64,000 nucleotides of DNA from an uncultured Actinomycetes bacterium (GCA_963723985.1 CAVRTC010000003.1:55914-119913); one strand, 5' to 3'. Shown: positions 37,455 to 46,302, counted from the stretch's first letter. Translations and numbers: made by a program. Notes: a model not told the origin generated them from the sequence alone.

Positions 37455-39001
37455 GGAAACACGGACCCGTGACGTCAGCCCTGCTGATCCCGCTGGGTGC
37501 CACCCTGCTGGCGACCGCCAGCTGCGGTCTGCGGGTCGACCAGCTTCCGGCGGCTGAGGGTTCCGAGGCGGTCACCACCGAAGTGGCGGCGGCCGGCGAC
37601 ACCTCCGCGTCCGCCGCGGAAACCACGGCCCTGGTGCCCGAGTCGGGGATCCCGGACGCGGCCAGCAGCGCCACCGCCGCACAGGGCCCGAGTCGCGCCG
37701 GTGGATCGGCCCCGACCCCGGCCGGTCAGCCGGCGCCGACCGGCGGCGCGGGAAGCAGGGCCAGCGAAGTCGGTCAACGTCGGGGCGACCCTCGAAGCCA
37801 ACCCGTCCCCGGGCAGGCGGCGGCGCCCCGCGCCCAGAAGGCGTCGACCCAAGGTTCCGGTACGCCCGCCGCCCCCGCGCCCGGCGCGGCGGCCGTGAAG
37901 GCCGAGATCCGCCTGGGTTCCATCGGGATCGGCAGCGGCCCCCTGGGGTTTGTGACCCAACCGATCCGTGACGCCTCGAAGGCCTGGGTGGCGTCGGTGA
38001 ACGGTCGGGGCGGGGTGAACGGCCATCCGGTCCGGCTGCTCTTCGGCGACGACGGGGCCGATCCGGCCCGGGCACTGGCCTTGGCCAAGCGGTTCGTCGA
38101 AGCCGACAAGGTGCAGGCCATGTTCGGGCTGCACATGCCGACCACTGAGCAGGCGATCGTCCCCTACCTGATCGAGAAGAGGATTCCCACGGTCGGTACG
38201 TGCAACTGCAACCCGGCCAGCGACGAGAACCCGCTGGCGTTCAACGTCGGTCCCGGGCCGACGGCGGGCTTCGCCTGGGAGCACCTTCTCTCGGTGCTGG
38301 GACAGACGGGCGCCAAGAAGATCGCCGTCCTGTACTGCCGGGAGGCCACGACCTGCGACGTCGTATTCAAGAACATGCGGCAGTTCACGGACAAGCTCGG
38401 GGTGGAGATTGTGCAGGGCTCCCAGGTGTCGCTGGCCCAACCGGACTACACCGCCGAGGTGCTCGCCGCCCGCAATGCCGGCGCCGAGGGGATCATCGGC
38501 GTCGTCGAGAACCAGTCGGCCGTCCGGATCCTCCGGGCGGCCCGGCGCCAAGGATGGGGCGTCCCGGTCGGCTCCCAGCACTCGGTCATGGACGATCGCA
38601 TGCTGGCGCTCCCCGACGCCAAGGGCCTGCTGGGCGCCGTGATCACCGCCGACTACCAGACCCATCCCGGCTTCGAGGAATACCGCCAGGCGATGGCCCG
38701 CCTGCCGGGCTCCATCAAGGGCAACACCGGGTCGATCCAGTGGGCCGCCGGCCTGATGCTCGAAAAGGCCAGCACCCAGTTCGGCGACACGGTGACGCCG
38801 GACGACATCATCGAAGGCCTCTACGGTCTGCGGGGCGAGACGCTCGGCGGCCTCGTCCCCCCGACGACGTACAAGCGGGGCGTCCCCCACAAGGACGCCA
38901 ACCACTGCGCCATCCCGATCGTGATCGGCGACGGGAAATTCGACTTCCCGAAGGGTCCCGACTTCCAGTGTGCGCCGGGGTGGCAGCCGGCGCAGCCGTA
39001 G
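37451..39001 (+). CDS. LIV-type ABC transporter substrate-binding lipoprotein with a long disordered N-terminal linker
   Basis: Lipobox LLATASCG, a ~120-aa Ala/Pro/Gly/Ser linker, then a periplasmic-binding fold (IRLGSIGIGSGPLG..VNGHPVRLLFGDDGADP..). ATGA junction. Confidence 0.85.
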   Translation: MRKHGPVTSALLIPLGATLLATASCGLRVDQLPAAEGSEAVTTEVAAAGDTSASAAETTALVPESGIPDAASSATAAQGPSRAGGSAPTPAGQPAPTGGAGSRASEVGQRRGDPRSQPVPGQAAAPRAQKASTQGSGTPAAPAPGAAAVKAEIRLGSIGIGSGPLGFVTQPIRDASKAWVASVNGRGGVNGHPVRLLFGDDGADPARALALAKRFVEADKVQAMFGLHMPTTEQAIVPYLIEKRIPTVGTCNCNPASDENPLAFNVGPGPTAGFAWEHLLSVLGQTGAKKIAVLYCREATTCDVVFKNMRQFTDKLGVEIVQGSQVSLAQPDYTAEVLAARNAGAEGIIGVVENQSAVRILRAARRQGWGVPVGSQHSVMDDRMLALPDAKGLLGAVITADYQTHPGFEEYRQAMARLPGSIKGNTGSIQWAAGLMLEKASTQFGDTVTPDDIIEGLYGLRGETLGGLVPPTTYKRGVPHKDANHCAIPIVIGDGKFDFPKGPDFQCAPGWQPAQP

Positions 39002-39010
39002 GCGGCGGCC

Positions 39011-39757
39011 GTGCACCGTCGAGCGGTCCTCGGGTTGCTGCGGGCGCAGGGCGACCGGGTCCTGGCGTTCGGCTGCCTCGGCGGCGGCGGCCTCCTGGTC
39101 TTCCTCGCCTACTGGAGGCTCAGCGCCAAGGCCGACCCGGCGCAAGGCATGGCTTACCTGGCGTCCGGCGGCATCGGCGGCCTGTTCCTCATCGGGCTCG
39201 GTGCCACGCTCGTCGTCTCCGCCGACCTCCGGGACAGCTGGCGGAAGCTGCGCCTCCTCGAACACAGCGCGACCGGCGACACGGGCGCACCGTTGGCTCG
39301 CTCAGCCGGCCATCTCGGAGGGCGAGAGTTCCCGGCCAGCGGGTTCACCCGGGGAGCCGCCGGGTTCGGCCTGGGGGCCGGCCTGGCGATCCTGGTGTTC
39401 GGCTGGAACCACATCGCCACCGACGGGACGGCCGGCGAAGCCTACGAAGGCCTGGCGGTGGCCGCCGCCGGGGTGCTGGTTGCCGGCCTCGTGGCCGGAT
39501 GCTTCATCGTCGTCATGCGGAAGGCCGTCGAGGACCGGGCGGCAGCGCTGCTGGCTCCCTGGCTCCCCTCTACCGCCGTACCGGTCGCGGACCATCGCCT
39601 CGCCCCCGGGGGCCGCGTGCTCGTCGCCGAAGGCCTCCGCCGCTACCACTCCGAAGGGTGCCTGGCCGTCGCCGGCGTCGCCACCGAATCCGTCGAGGTC
39701 ACGGCGGTCCCGGCCGGTCTGGTGCCCTGCCTCCTCTGCCAGGAGGTTTCGGTGTGA
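39011..39757 (+). CDS. P1: 4-TM membrane protein with the YLASGGIGGL..SADLRDSW motif and a C-terminal H-x3-C-x22-C-x2-C cluster
   Basis: TM segments VLAFGCLGGGGLLVFLAYW, YLASGGIGGLFLIGLGATLVV, FGLGAGLAILVFGW and LAVAAAGVLVAGLVAGCFIVV. Tail RRYHSEGC..PCLLCQ. Its stop overlaps the permease ATG. Confidence 0.7.
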   Translation: MHRRAVLGLLRAQGDRVLAFGCLGGGGLLVFLAYWRLSAKADPAQGMAYLASGGIGGLFLIGLGATLVVSADLRDSWRKLRLLEHSATGDTGAPLARSAGHLGGREFPASGFTRGAAGFGLGAGLAILVFGWNHIATDGTAGEAYEGLAVAAAGVLVAGLVAGCFIVVMRKAVEDRAAALLAPWLPSTAVPVADHRLAPGGRVLVAEGLRRYHSEGCLAVAGVATESVEVTAVPAGLVPCLLCQEVSV

Positions 39758-41676
39758 TGGACGACTATTTCCCGTTCATCGTGGTAGGGCTCACGACCGG
39801 ATCGGTCTTCGCCGTCGCCGCCATGGGTCTCACCGTCACCTACACCACCTCCGGCGTGTTCAACTTCGCCCATGGCGCGGTGGCCATGGTCGCCACCTAC
39901 GTGTACTACTCGCTGCACGTCGACCTCGGGCTCCCGACCGCGGCGGCGATGGCGGTGGCCGTGCTCGGCGTGGGTCCGGTGGTGGGTCTCTGTGTCGACC
40001 GGCTGCTGTTCCGCCGTCTGCACGGCGCACCGGCGGCCACGTACGTGGTGGTGTCGCTCGGACTGCTGATCGCCTTACAGGGCTTGATCATCATCATTTA
40101 CGGAGCCGACCTCCGGCCGCTCGAACCGATCTTCCCCCGCGAAACTTTCGGGCTGGCCGGCGTGCGGGTGGGCTACGACCAGGCGATCGTCGTCGCCATC
40201 TCCGTGGTCGTCGCCCTGGCCCTGGCGGTCTTCTTCAAACGGAGTTCGCTCGGGGTCAAGACGAGAGCGGTGGTCGACGACCCGAATCTCACCGAGCTGG
40301 TCGGGGTCAACTCGTCGCTGGTCACCACGTTCAGCTGGATGCTCGGCTGCTCGTTCGCCGCCCTGTCCGGGCTCCTCCTCGCCCCGCTGGTCGGCTCGCT
40401 CGACGCCGTGTTCCTCACGCTCCTCGTGATCCAGTCGTTCGGCGCAGCCGTGGTCGGCCGGCTCGTCGACCTTCGCTGGACGTACCTCGGCGGCCTCGGC
40501 ATCGGTGTCGCCGCCGAGGTGTCGAAGAAGATCTTCGCCGGCGAGCCGTCGCTGTCGGGGTTGCCGACCAGCCTGCCGTTCATCGTCCTGTTGGCGGTGC
40601 TCGTCCTCAGCCGCCGGGGCCGGTTCACGGAGGTGGTGAAGATCTCCCAACGGGTGACCGCCCGCCAGAGCCTCGGGACCCGGCCGTTTCCCTGGGCGAC
40701 CATCGGTCTCGGAACCGTGATCGCCGTCGGCCTGGGGTTTACCCTCGACGGCGCGCCGTTGCTCACGGCGGCGGCGACCGTGATCTTCGTCCTGCTCTTC
40801 TCCAGCCTCAGCCTGTTGGTGGGGTTGTCACGGCAGGTGTCGCTGAGCCACGCCGTCTTCTTCGTGATCGGCGCCACCACGCTGTCGGGACTGCAGGATG
40901 CCGGGGTTCCCTACCTGCTGGCGCTGCTGCTGTCGGGAGCCGTTCTGGTTCCGATCGGCGCCTGCGTGGCCATCCCCGCCCTCCGGCTCTCGGGGCTGTT
41001 CCTGGCCCTCGGCACCTTCGCCTTCGGGATCCTCGGCCAGCAGCTCCTATACACGACCGTGCTGGCCGGCGCCAAGGCGACACGCGTGATCACCCGACCC
41101 GAGTTCCTGGGCGTCAGCCTGAAGGGCGACCGGGCCTTCTACCTCTTCGTCGTGGCCGTCGTCCTGACCGGGGTGGTCGCCGTCGAGATCGTCCGGGTGA
41201 CGCGTCTCGGGCGGATGCTGCGCGCCCTGGCCGACTCGCCCGCCGCGGTTCAGATCCTGGGCGTCAATCCGATGGCGTCGCAGGTCCTCGTGTTCTGCCT
41301 GAGCGCCTTCCTGGCCGGGATCGCCGGTGCGCTGATCGGCACGCTCACCGCCGCCATCAACGCCGAAGCCTACGGCTTCCTGGAATCGCTGATCTGGGTG
41401 ACGGTGCTGATCGCCGCCGGGCGAGAGACGCTCCTCGGGACGATCGTCGCCGCGGTGCTGCTCTTCGCGCTCCCCAGCGTCTTCACTTCGCCGACGGTGC
41501 GGGAATGGCAGCCGGTGGCCTTCGGGCTGGGGGCGATCGTGCTGGCTCAGGCCCCGAACGGGCTCGTCGGGCTGCTGCGGCCCCGGTGGCCGCAGTTCGC
41601 CCGGCTGGCCGCCGCCAGCCGCTGGCGACTGGAGGACGGACCGCTGCGCCACCGGCTGGCCGAGGGGGCACGGTGA
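39757..41676 (+). CDS. Fused LivH-LivM-type branched-chain amino acid ABC permease (639 aa)
   Basis: The N-terminal half is LivH-like (GLTVTYTTSGVFNFAHGAVAMV) and the C-terminal half LivM-like (LLVGLSRQVSLSHAVFFVIGA..MLRALADSPAAVQILGVN). Confidence 0.9.
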   Translation: MDDYFPFIVVGLTTGSVFAVAAMGLTVTYTTSGVFNFAHGAVAMVATYVYYSLHVDLGLPTAAAMAVAVLGVGPVVGLCVDRLLFRRLHGAPAATYVVVSLGLLIALQGLIIIIYGADLRPLEPIFPRETFGLAGVRVGYDQAIVVAISVVVALALAVFFKRSSLGVKTRAVVDDPNLTELVGVNSSLVTTFSWMLGCSFAALSGLLLAPLVGSLDAVFLTLLVIQSFGAAVVGRLVDLRWTYLGGLGIGVAAEVSKKIFAGEPSLSGLPTSLPFIVLLAVLVLSRRGRFTEVVKISQRVTARQSLGTRPFPWATIGLGTVIAVGLGFTLDGAPLLTAAATVIFVLLFSSLSLLVGLSRQVSLSHAVFFVIGATTLSGLQDAGVPYLLALLLSGAVLVPIGACVAIPALRLSGLFLALGTFAFGILGQQLLYTTVLAGAKATRVITRPEFLGVSLKGDRAFYLFVVAVVLTGVVAVEIVRVTRLGRMLRALADSPAAVQILGVNPMASQVLVFCLSAFLAGIAGALIGTLTAAINAEAYGFLESLIWVTVLIAAGRETLLGTIVAAVLLFALPSVFTSPTVREWQPVAFGLGAIVLAQAPNGLVGLLRPRWPQFARLAAASRWRLEDGPLRHRLAEGAR

Positions 41677-42377
41677 GCCTGCTCCTCGACGTGCGGGGCC
41701 TCCGAGCCGGTTACGGACGGACCGAGGTGCTGCACGGTGCCGAGCTCCGGGTCCCGACCGGCGCGGCCGTCGCCGTCCTCGGCGCCAACGGCGCGGGAAA
41801 GACGACTTTGCTCAACACCATCGCCGGCGTGCTCCGGGCCTGGGACGGCCGGATCACCTTCCGGGGCCAACCGATCCAGAACTGGGCGGCGCACGCCCGC
41901 ACCCGGGCCGGTGTCTGCCTCGTGCCGGAGGGCCGGGGCATCTTCCGGGGTCTCACGGTCCGGGAGAACCTGAGGCTCCAGGCCGGGGAGGGTGCGTTCG
42001 CCGAAGCACTCGAGGCGGCGGTCGTGGCGTTCCCGATGCTGAAGGAGCGGCTCGACCAGCCGGCGGGCACCCTGTCGGGCGGTCAGCAGCAGATGCTGTC
42101 GGTGGCGAGGGCCTTGATCACCGACGCGCCGCTGGTGCTGGCCGACGAGTTGTCGGTGGGTCTGGCCCCGGTGGTCGTCGACGAGATCTTCGCCGCCGTC
42201 GAGCTCCTGAAGCGGCAGGGTCGATCGCTGGTCCTCGTGGAGCAGTACGTCGAACGGGCGGTGGCCGTGGCCGACTACGTCTACATCCTCCACAAGGGGG
42301 TCACGGTCTTCGCCGGTGAACCGGCGCAGTGCCGGTCGGGCGATGTCTTCGAGCGTTACCTCGGCGGAGCGGCCTGA
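41673..42377 (+). CDS. ABC transporter ATP-binding protein, LivF-like (canonical motifs)
   Basis: GANGAGKTT, LSGGQQQMLSVARAL, LVLADELSVGLAP, LVEQY. GTGA junction. Confidence 0.92.
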   Translation: MSLLLDVRGLRAGYGRTEVLHGAELRVPTGAAVAVLGANGAGKTTLLNTIAGVLRAWDGRITFRGQPIQNWAAHARTRAGVCLVPEGRGIFRGLTVRENLRLQAGEGAFAEALEAAVVAFPMLKERLDQPAGTLSGGQQQMLSVARALITDAPLVLADELSVGLAPVVVDEIFAAVELLKRQGRSLVLVEQYVERAVAVADYVYILHKGVTVFAGEPAQCRSGDVFERYLGGAA

Positions 42378-42691
42378 TGCCGCGAAACAAAGGGGGTGCC
42401 ATCGTGCGGTGGCCAAGGCTTCGGGCGGCGTGGGACCGGGCGCTGGGCGTCGGCCTGATCGCCGGCGGAGGAGTGTGCGTGATGGGCGGCTACCTCGGGG
42501 TGAGCGGGACCCGCCGCCTCTCCGAACAGGCCGCCTATCTCGCCTCCGGGGGCCTGGGAGGGCTGTTCCTCCTGGGGTGTGGAGCGACGTTGCTGGTGTC
42601 GGCCGACCTGTCGGACCTGTGGCGGCAACTCGAGATAACGGAGGAAGCGGTCGACCGGCGTGAGATCGAGCTGGTTCGAGGGGGGCGATAG
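42377..42691 (+). CDS. P2: small 2-TM membrane protein, paralog of the P1 N-terminus
   Basis: ALGVGLIAGGGVCVMGGYLGV then AAYLASGGLGGLFLLGCGATLLVSADLSDLWRQLEITEE. TGATG junction with the ATPase gene. Confidence 0.7.
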   Translation: MPRNKGGAIVRWPRLRAAWDRALGVGLIAGGGVCVMGGYLGVSGTRRLSEQAAYLASGGLGGLFLLGCGATLLVSADLSDLWRQLEITEEAVDRREIELVRGGR

Positions 42692-42693
42692 GG

Positions 42694-44106
42694 ATGGGCA
42701 GACAGACGCGGAGCCGGCTGGGCAGCCTCGTGGCCGGGGCGGCGGTGATGATCCTCGGCCTGACCGTGCTGCCCGACTCCGGGGCGGCGGACACCCGACC
42801 GGGTCAGGGCCCGACGACGGCTCTTCTGGGGACGGCGACCGCGCAGGGAATGCGGATCACCTACACGGTGCCCGACTTCCTCGTTGTCACCGAGGTCATG
42901 GACGGGGGTGGGCCGGTTGCCCAGGCGGTGCTCGAAACGGGCGGCCAGTCCACGGCGTTCGCCGCCCTGCCCTATCCCGGGGAGAACGGAGTCGGTGGGC
43001 CGGCTCTCGTGCTCGGGCTCCTCGGCCAGTCGCCGCCGGCGAGCTACCCGTTCTACGTCCGGGCCGACTCTACGGTGAATCCCAGCACCGAACTGAAGGA
43101 TCCGAGCGGCTCGTACACCTTGCGGGCCGCGGCCGAAGTCCGGAAATCCGTCGGGACTGCCGACGTGGCCTTCGGGCCGCCCGACCACCCGGCGTCGTCG
43201 GCCACGGCGCACACCGAGGTACTCAGCGCCGCCGACGGCACGATGACCGTGACGGCGGAATCGCGGTTCTCGGGCCTGGCGCTGGGGGAGGGGCTGTTAC
43301 GGATCGCCTCCGTCGAAAGCCGCTCCGTCTCGGTCTACGGGCCGGCCGACGCCGAACCCCGGACCACAACCGCGCTGCTCATCGACGGTGCCCGGATCGG
43401 CGATCAAGCCGTCACGATCGGCCCGGACGGCGTCCACGCCGCGGGAGTGCCCTCACCGGTGCCCACCGGTGGCCCCGGTCCGCTCAACCAGGCGCTGGCC
43501 CAGGCCGGTTTGACCGTGCGGACCGTGTCCGCCGGTCCCGTCGAGGGTGGTGCGACGGCCGATGCCCTCGAGATCAGCCGCGATCAGGGACCCCCCGTTC
43601 CCGGGATGCCCCGGAGCACGCTGAGCCTGCGCATCGGCGGGGCCACCACGGCGGTGAGCGCCGGCAGCACGTCGGCCCTCGTGGGTACCCCTGAGCTTGC
43701 GGCGGACACGCCGGAAGCTCAGGGGAACGCCGACCGTTCCCCGGCCCCGTCCGGCGCCGACCCCGTCGTGGCGGCCCCGCCCCCCAACACCGCCAAGGAC
43801 AACGAGCCCGCAACGACCGGAGCCCGGCCCGCTGCCCCGTCGCCGCGGTCGGCGGCTGGTCCGACCAACGACTTCGGAACCGAGTTCTCCGACAGCTCGA
43901 CGGGGCTCGGTCTGACACCTCCCCCAACGGCCCAGGTCTCCGCATCGCCATCCCCGGCACCATCCCTGCCGCGACCATCGCGCCCGGCGAGTTCCTCGCG
44001 AGCCCTCGCACCGGAGGCCAGGGCCCTGTACGTCCTGCTCGGCCTGGCGGCGGTGGGGACGATCGGGCTCTCGCTCGTCTCCCGCACCCGGACGGCCCCG
44101 TCGTGA
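42694..44106 (+). CDS. Secreted protein with a signal peptide, ~330-aa domain, Pro/Ala-rich stalk and C-terminal TM anchor
   Basis: Signal LVAGAAVMILGLTVLPDSGAA, stalk PAPSGADPVVAAPPPNTAKDNEP.., and tail APEARALYVLLGLAAVGTIGLSLVSRTRTAPS. A paralog fragment lies at 9475..10181. Confidence 0.75.
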   Translation: MGRQTRSRLGSLVAGAAVMILGLTVLPDSGAADTRPGQGPTTALLGTATAQGMRITYTVPDFLVVTEVMDGGGPVAQAVLETGGQSTAFAALPYPGENGVGGPALVLGLLGQSPPASYPFYVRADSTVNPSTELKDPSGSYTLRAAAEVRKSVGTADVAFGPPDHPASSATAHTEVLSAADGTMTVTAESRFSGLALGEGLLRIASVESRSVSVYGPADAEPRTTTALLIDGARIGDQAVTIGPDGVHAAGVPSPVPTGGPGPLNQALAQAGLTVRTVSAGPVEGGATADALEISRDQGPPVPGMPRSTLSLRIGGATTAVSAGSTSALVGTPELAADTPEAQGNADRSPAPSGADPVVAAPPPNTAKDNEPATTGARPAAPSPRSAAGPTNDFGTEFSDSSTGLGLTPPPTAQVSASPSPAPSLPRPSRPASSSRALAPEARALYVLLGLAAVGTIGLSLVSRTRTAPS

Positions 44107-44462
44107 TGGACGACCACTCCCCGTCGGGGGCGGAACGGTGCCGCACCGCCGCCGTGGTCCTGATCGTCACCGGGGCGTTGTTCATCGTCGTCGGCTTCGT
44201 GCGCGTCACCGGCTCGCTCACGTTGGCCGAGATGATCGCCTACATCGTGTCCGGCGGCATCGGCGGGCTCGCCCTGGTCGGGTCCGGTGTCGTGCTCCGG
44301 TCCTCGGCCCAGTTCCGTGACCAGTGGGACGCGATCGATCGGGCCCGCGCCGACCTCCGGACCCGCCACCAAGGAAAGGAAACCGGCGACGCCTCATGGA
44401 CAATCCCTTCTTCCCGCACCTGCTCGTCGAAGACCGTGATGGCGTCAAGGTCGTCGTCCTGA
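44103..44462 (+). CDS. P3: small 2-TM membrane protein, third paralog
   Basis: AAVVLIVTGALFIVVGFVRV then IAYIVSGGIGGLALVGSGVVLRSSAQFRDQWDAIDRARADL. GTGA junction. The 3' end overlaps the next gene by 67 nt, so the true stop is uncertain. Confidence 0.6.
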   Translation: MMDDHSPSGAERCRTAAVVLIVTGALFIVVGFVRVTGSLTLAEMIAYIVSGGIGGLALVGSGVVLRSSAQFRDQWDAIDRARADLRTRHQGKETGDASWTIPSSRTCSSKTVMASRSSS

Positions 44463-45169
44463 ACCGACCCGAGAACTTCAACGCCGTCGACACGGAGCTG
44501 CACGGTGCCCTCGCCGGCATCTGGCGTCACCTGGCCGGTGACCAGACCGCTCGGGCCGTGGTACTGACGGGGGCCGGATCGGCATTCTCCGCCGGGGGCG
44601 ACATGCCCATGCTGCAGCGGCTGCGGGAAGACGTCGCCCAACGGCGCATCATGATCGAAGAGGCGCGCCAGATCATCCGGGAGATGCTCGAATTCCCACT
44701 CCCGGTGGTGGCGGCGGTCAACGGCCCCGCCGTCGGCCTCGGCTGCAGCCTGGCGCTGCTCTGCGACATCGTGTACATCTCCCACACGGCCTACCTGGCC
44801 GATCCGCACGTCGCCGTCGGGCTCACGGCCGGGGACGGCGGCGCGGCGACCTGGCCGCTCCTCACCAGCATCCTGCGGGCCAAGGAGTACCTCTTCACCG
44901 GCGAGCGGATCCCGGCCGCGACGGCCGTCACCCTCGGCCTGGCCAACCGGTGCATCGACGCCGACCAGCTGATGCCCGAGGCCCTGGCGCTCGGTGAGCG
45001 ACTGGCCGCCCTCCCGCCGCAGGCCGTCCGGACCACCAAGCGGGCGCTGAACATCCACCTCCTGCGAGCGGCGGAGGGTGTGCTGGAGTACGCCCTGGCG
45101 GCCGAGCACGACTCCTTCAGCACTCCCGAGCACCGGGCCATCGTCGACGGTTTCCTAACCCGCCGCTGA
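44396..45169 (+). CDS. Enoyl-CoA hydratase/isomerase (crotonase family)
   Basis: VVVLNRPENFNAVD..VLTGAGSAFSAGGDM..VAAVNGPAVGLGCSLALLCD. AAGGAAAGGAAA lies upstream of the ATG. Confidence 0.9.
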   Translation: MDNPFFPHLLVEDRDGVKVVVLNRPENFNAVDTELHGALAGIWRHLAGDQTARAVVLTGAGSAFSAGGDMPMLQRLREDVAQRRIMIEEARQIIREMLEFPLPVVAAVNGPAVGLGCSLALLCDIVYISHTAYLADPHVAVGLTAGDGGAATWPLLTSILRAKEYLFTGERIPAATAVTLGLANRCIDADQLMPEALALGERLAALPPQAVRTTKRALNIHLLRAAEGVLEYALAAEHDSFSTPEHRAIVDGFLTRR

Positions 45170-45221
45170 TCGGGTCGTGACGGCGCCGGAGCCCAACCCG
45201 GCGCTCGTACCCCGAAAACCC

Positions 45222-45269
45222 AACCGGCGTTCGCCACCGCAGCTAGCCCTGCAGTGATGAACGCCGGTT
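45222..45269 (+). terminator. Hairpin after the operon (11-bp stem AACCGGCGTTC/GAACGCCGGTT, 26-nt loop) followed by TTGGG
   Basis: Read from the sequence. The large loop and weak T-tract make this tentative. Confidence 0.3.
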
Positions 45270-45273
45270 TTGG

Positions 45274-46302
45274 GTGAGGCAGGCTGAGTCGGTGACTCTA
45301 GTACCTGATCCAGACGACGTGCTCGAACTCTTCCTGGGATTCTGGATTTCCCGGACGGTGATGGCCGCGGTGCAGCTCGGAGTGTTCGAGGCGCTGGGGT
45401 CGCCGCCCGCTCTGGAGGGGCTCACGCTGGAGCAGGCCCAGGCGGCGCTCAGCCTGCCGGCCCGTCCCGCCCGGGCCCTGCTCGACACCTGCGTGGCCAC
45501 CGGGTTGCTCGAGAAGGAGGCCGGTCGATACCGCAACTCCCCGCTGGGCGCCCGTTACCTCGCCGCCGGTTCCGAGTACTCACTCCGGAACTACGTCCTC
45601 GACGAGCGGTGGTGCTGGTCCGACTGGGGGAAGCTGGAGGACGCGCTGCGGGCTGACCACCAGCTGCTGCCCGAGGACGCCGAGGGGTATCACGCCTTCC
45701 CCGAGGATTTCTTCCTCGACTTCCTCCACGGCCACTCCCTGGCCATGGGTGAGCGGCTGGCCGCGGCCGTGGACTTCGGCGCCGCCCGGCGGATCATGGA
45801 CGTCGGCGGCGGCTCCGGCGCCGTCTCCATCGCCCTGTGCCGGCGCTTTCCCCACCTCGAGGCCATCCTGGTCGACCAGCCGCCGGTGGCGGCCCGGGCG
45901 GCCGTCCACATCGACGACGCCGGGCTCGGCGGCCGCATCACCACCTGCCCGGCCAATATCTTCGAAAGCGTCCTGCCCGGCGGCTGCGACACGGCCGTCC
46001 TGGCCAATGTCCTCCACGACTTCTCGCCGAGCCGGGCCCAGGAGATCCTCGGCCGGGTGGTGGCCGCCCTGCCGCCGGGCGGCCGCGTCGTCATCCTGGA
46101 GATCGTCCCCGACGAGGATCGGCGGTCCCCGCCCCTGGCTGTGGCGTTCTCGGTGGCCATGATCGTCAACACCGCCGGAGGCGACGCCCACACCGCCTCG
46201 CAGTACCGGGCCTGGCTGGAGGCCGCCGGCCTCACAGGGGTGGTCGTGACCCCGATTCCAGGCCGGATGGTCACGACAGTCCTGGAGGCAATCAAGCCGT
46301 AA
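45274..46302 (+). CDS. Class I SAM-dependent O-methyltransferase (dimerisation domain + MTase)
   Basis: N-terminal winged-helix-like VLELFLGFWISRTVMAAVQLGVFEAL, SAM motif I RIMDVGGGSGAVSIAL, and later LANVLHDF. Confidence 0.85.
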   Translation: MRQAESVTLVPDPDDVLELFLGFWISRTVMAAVQLGVFEALGSPPALEGLTLEQAQAALSLPARPARALLDTCVATGLLEKEAGRYRNSPLGARYLAAGSEYSLRNYVLDERWCWSDWGKLEDALRADHQLLPEDAEGYHAFPEDFFLDFLHGHSLAMGERLAAAVDFGAARRIMDVGGGSGAVSIALCRRFPHLEAILVDQPPVAARAAVHIDDAGLGGRITTCPANIFESVLPGGCDTAVLANVLHDFSPSRAQEILGRVVAALPPGGRVVILEIVPDEDRRSPPLAVAFSVAMIVNTAGGDAHTASQYRAWLEAAGLTGVVVTPIPGRMVTTVLEAIKP

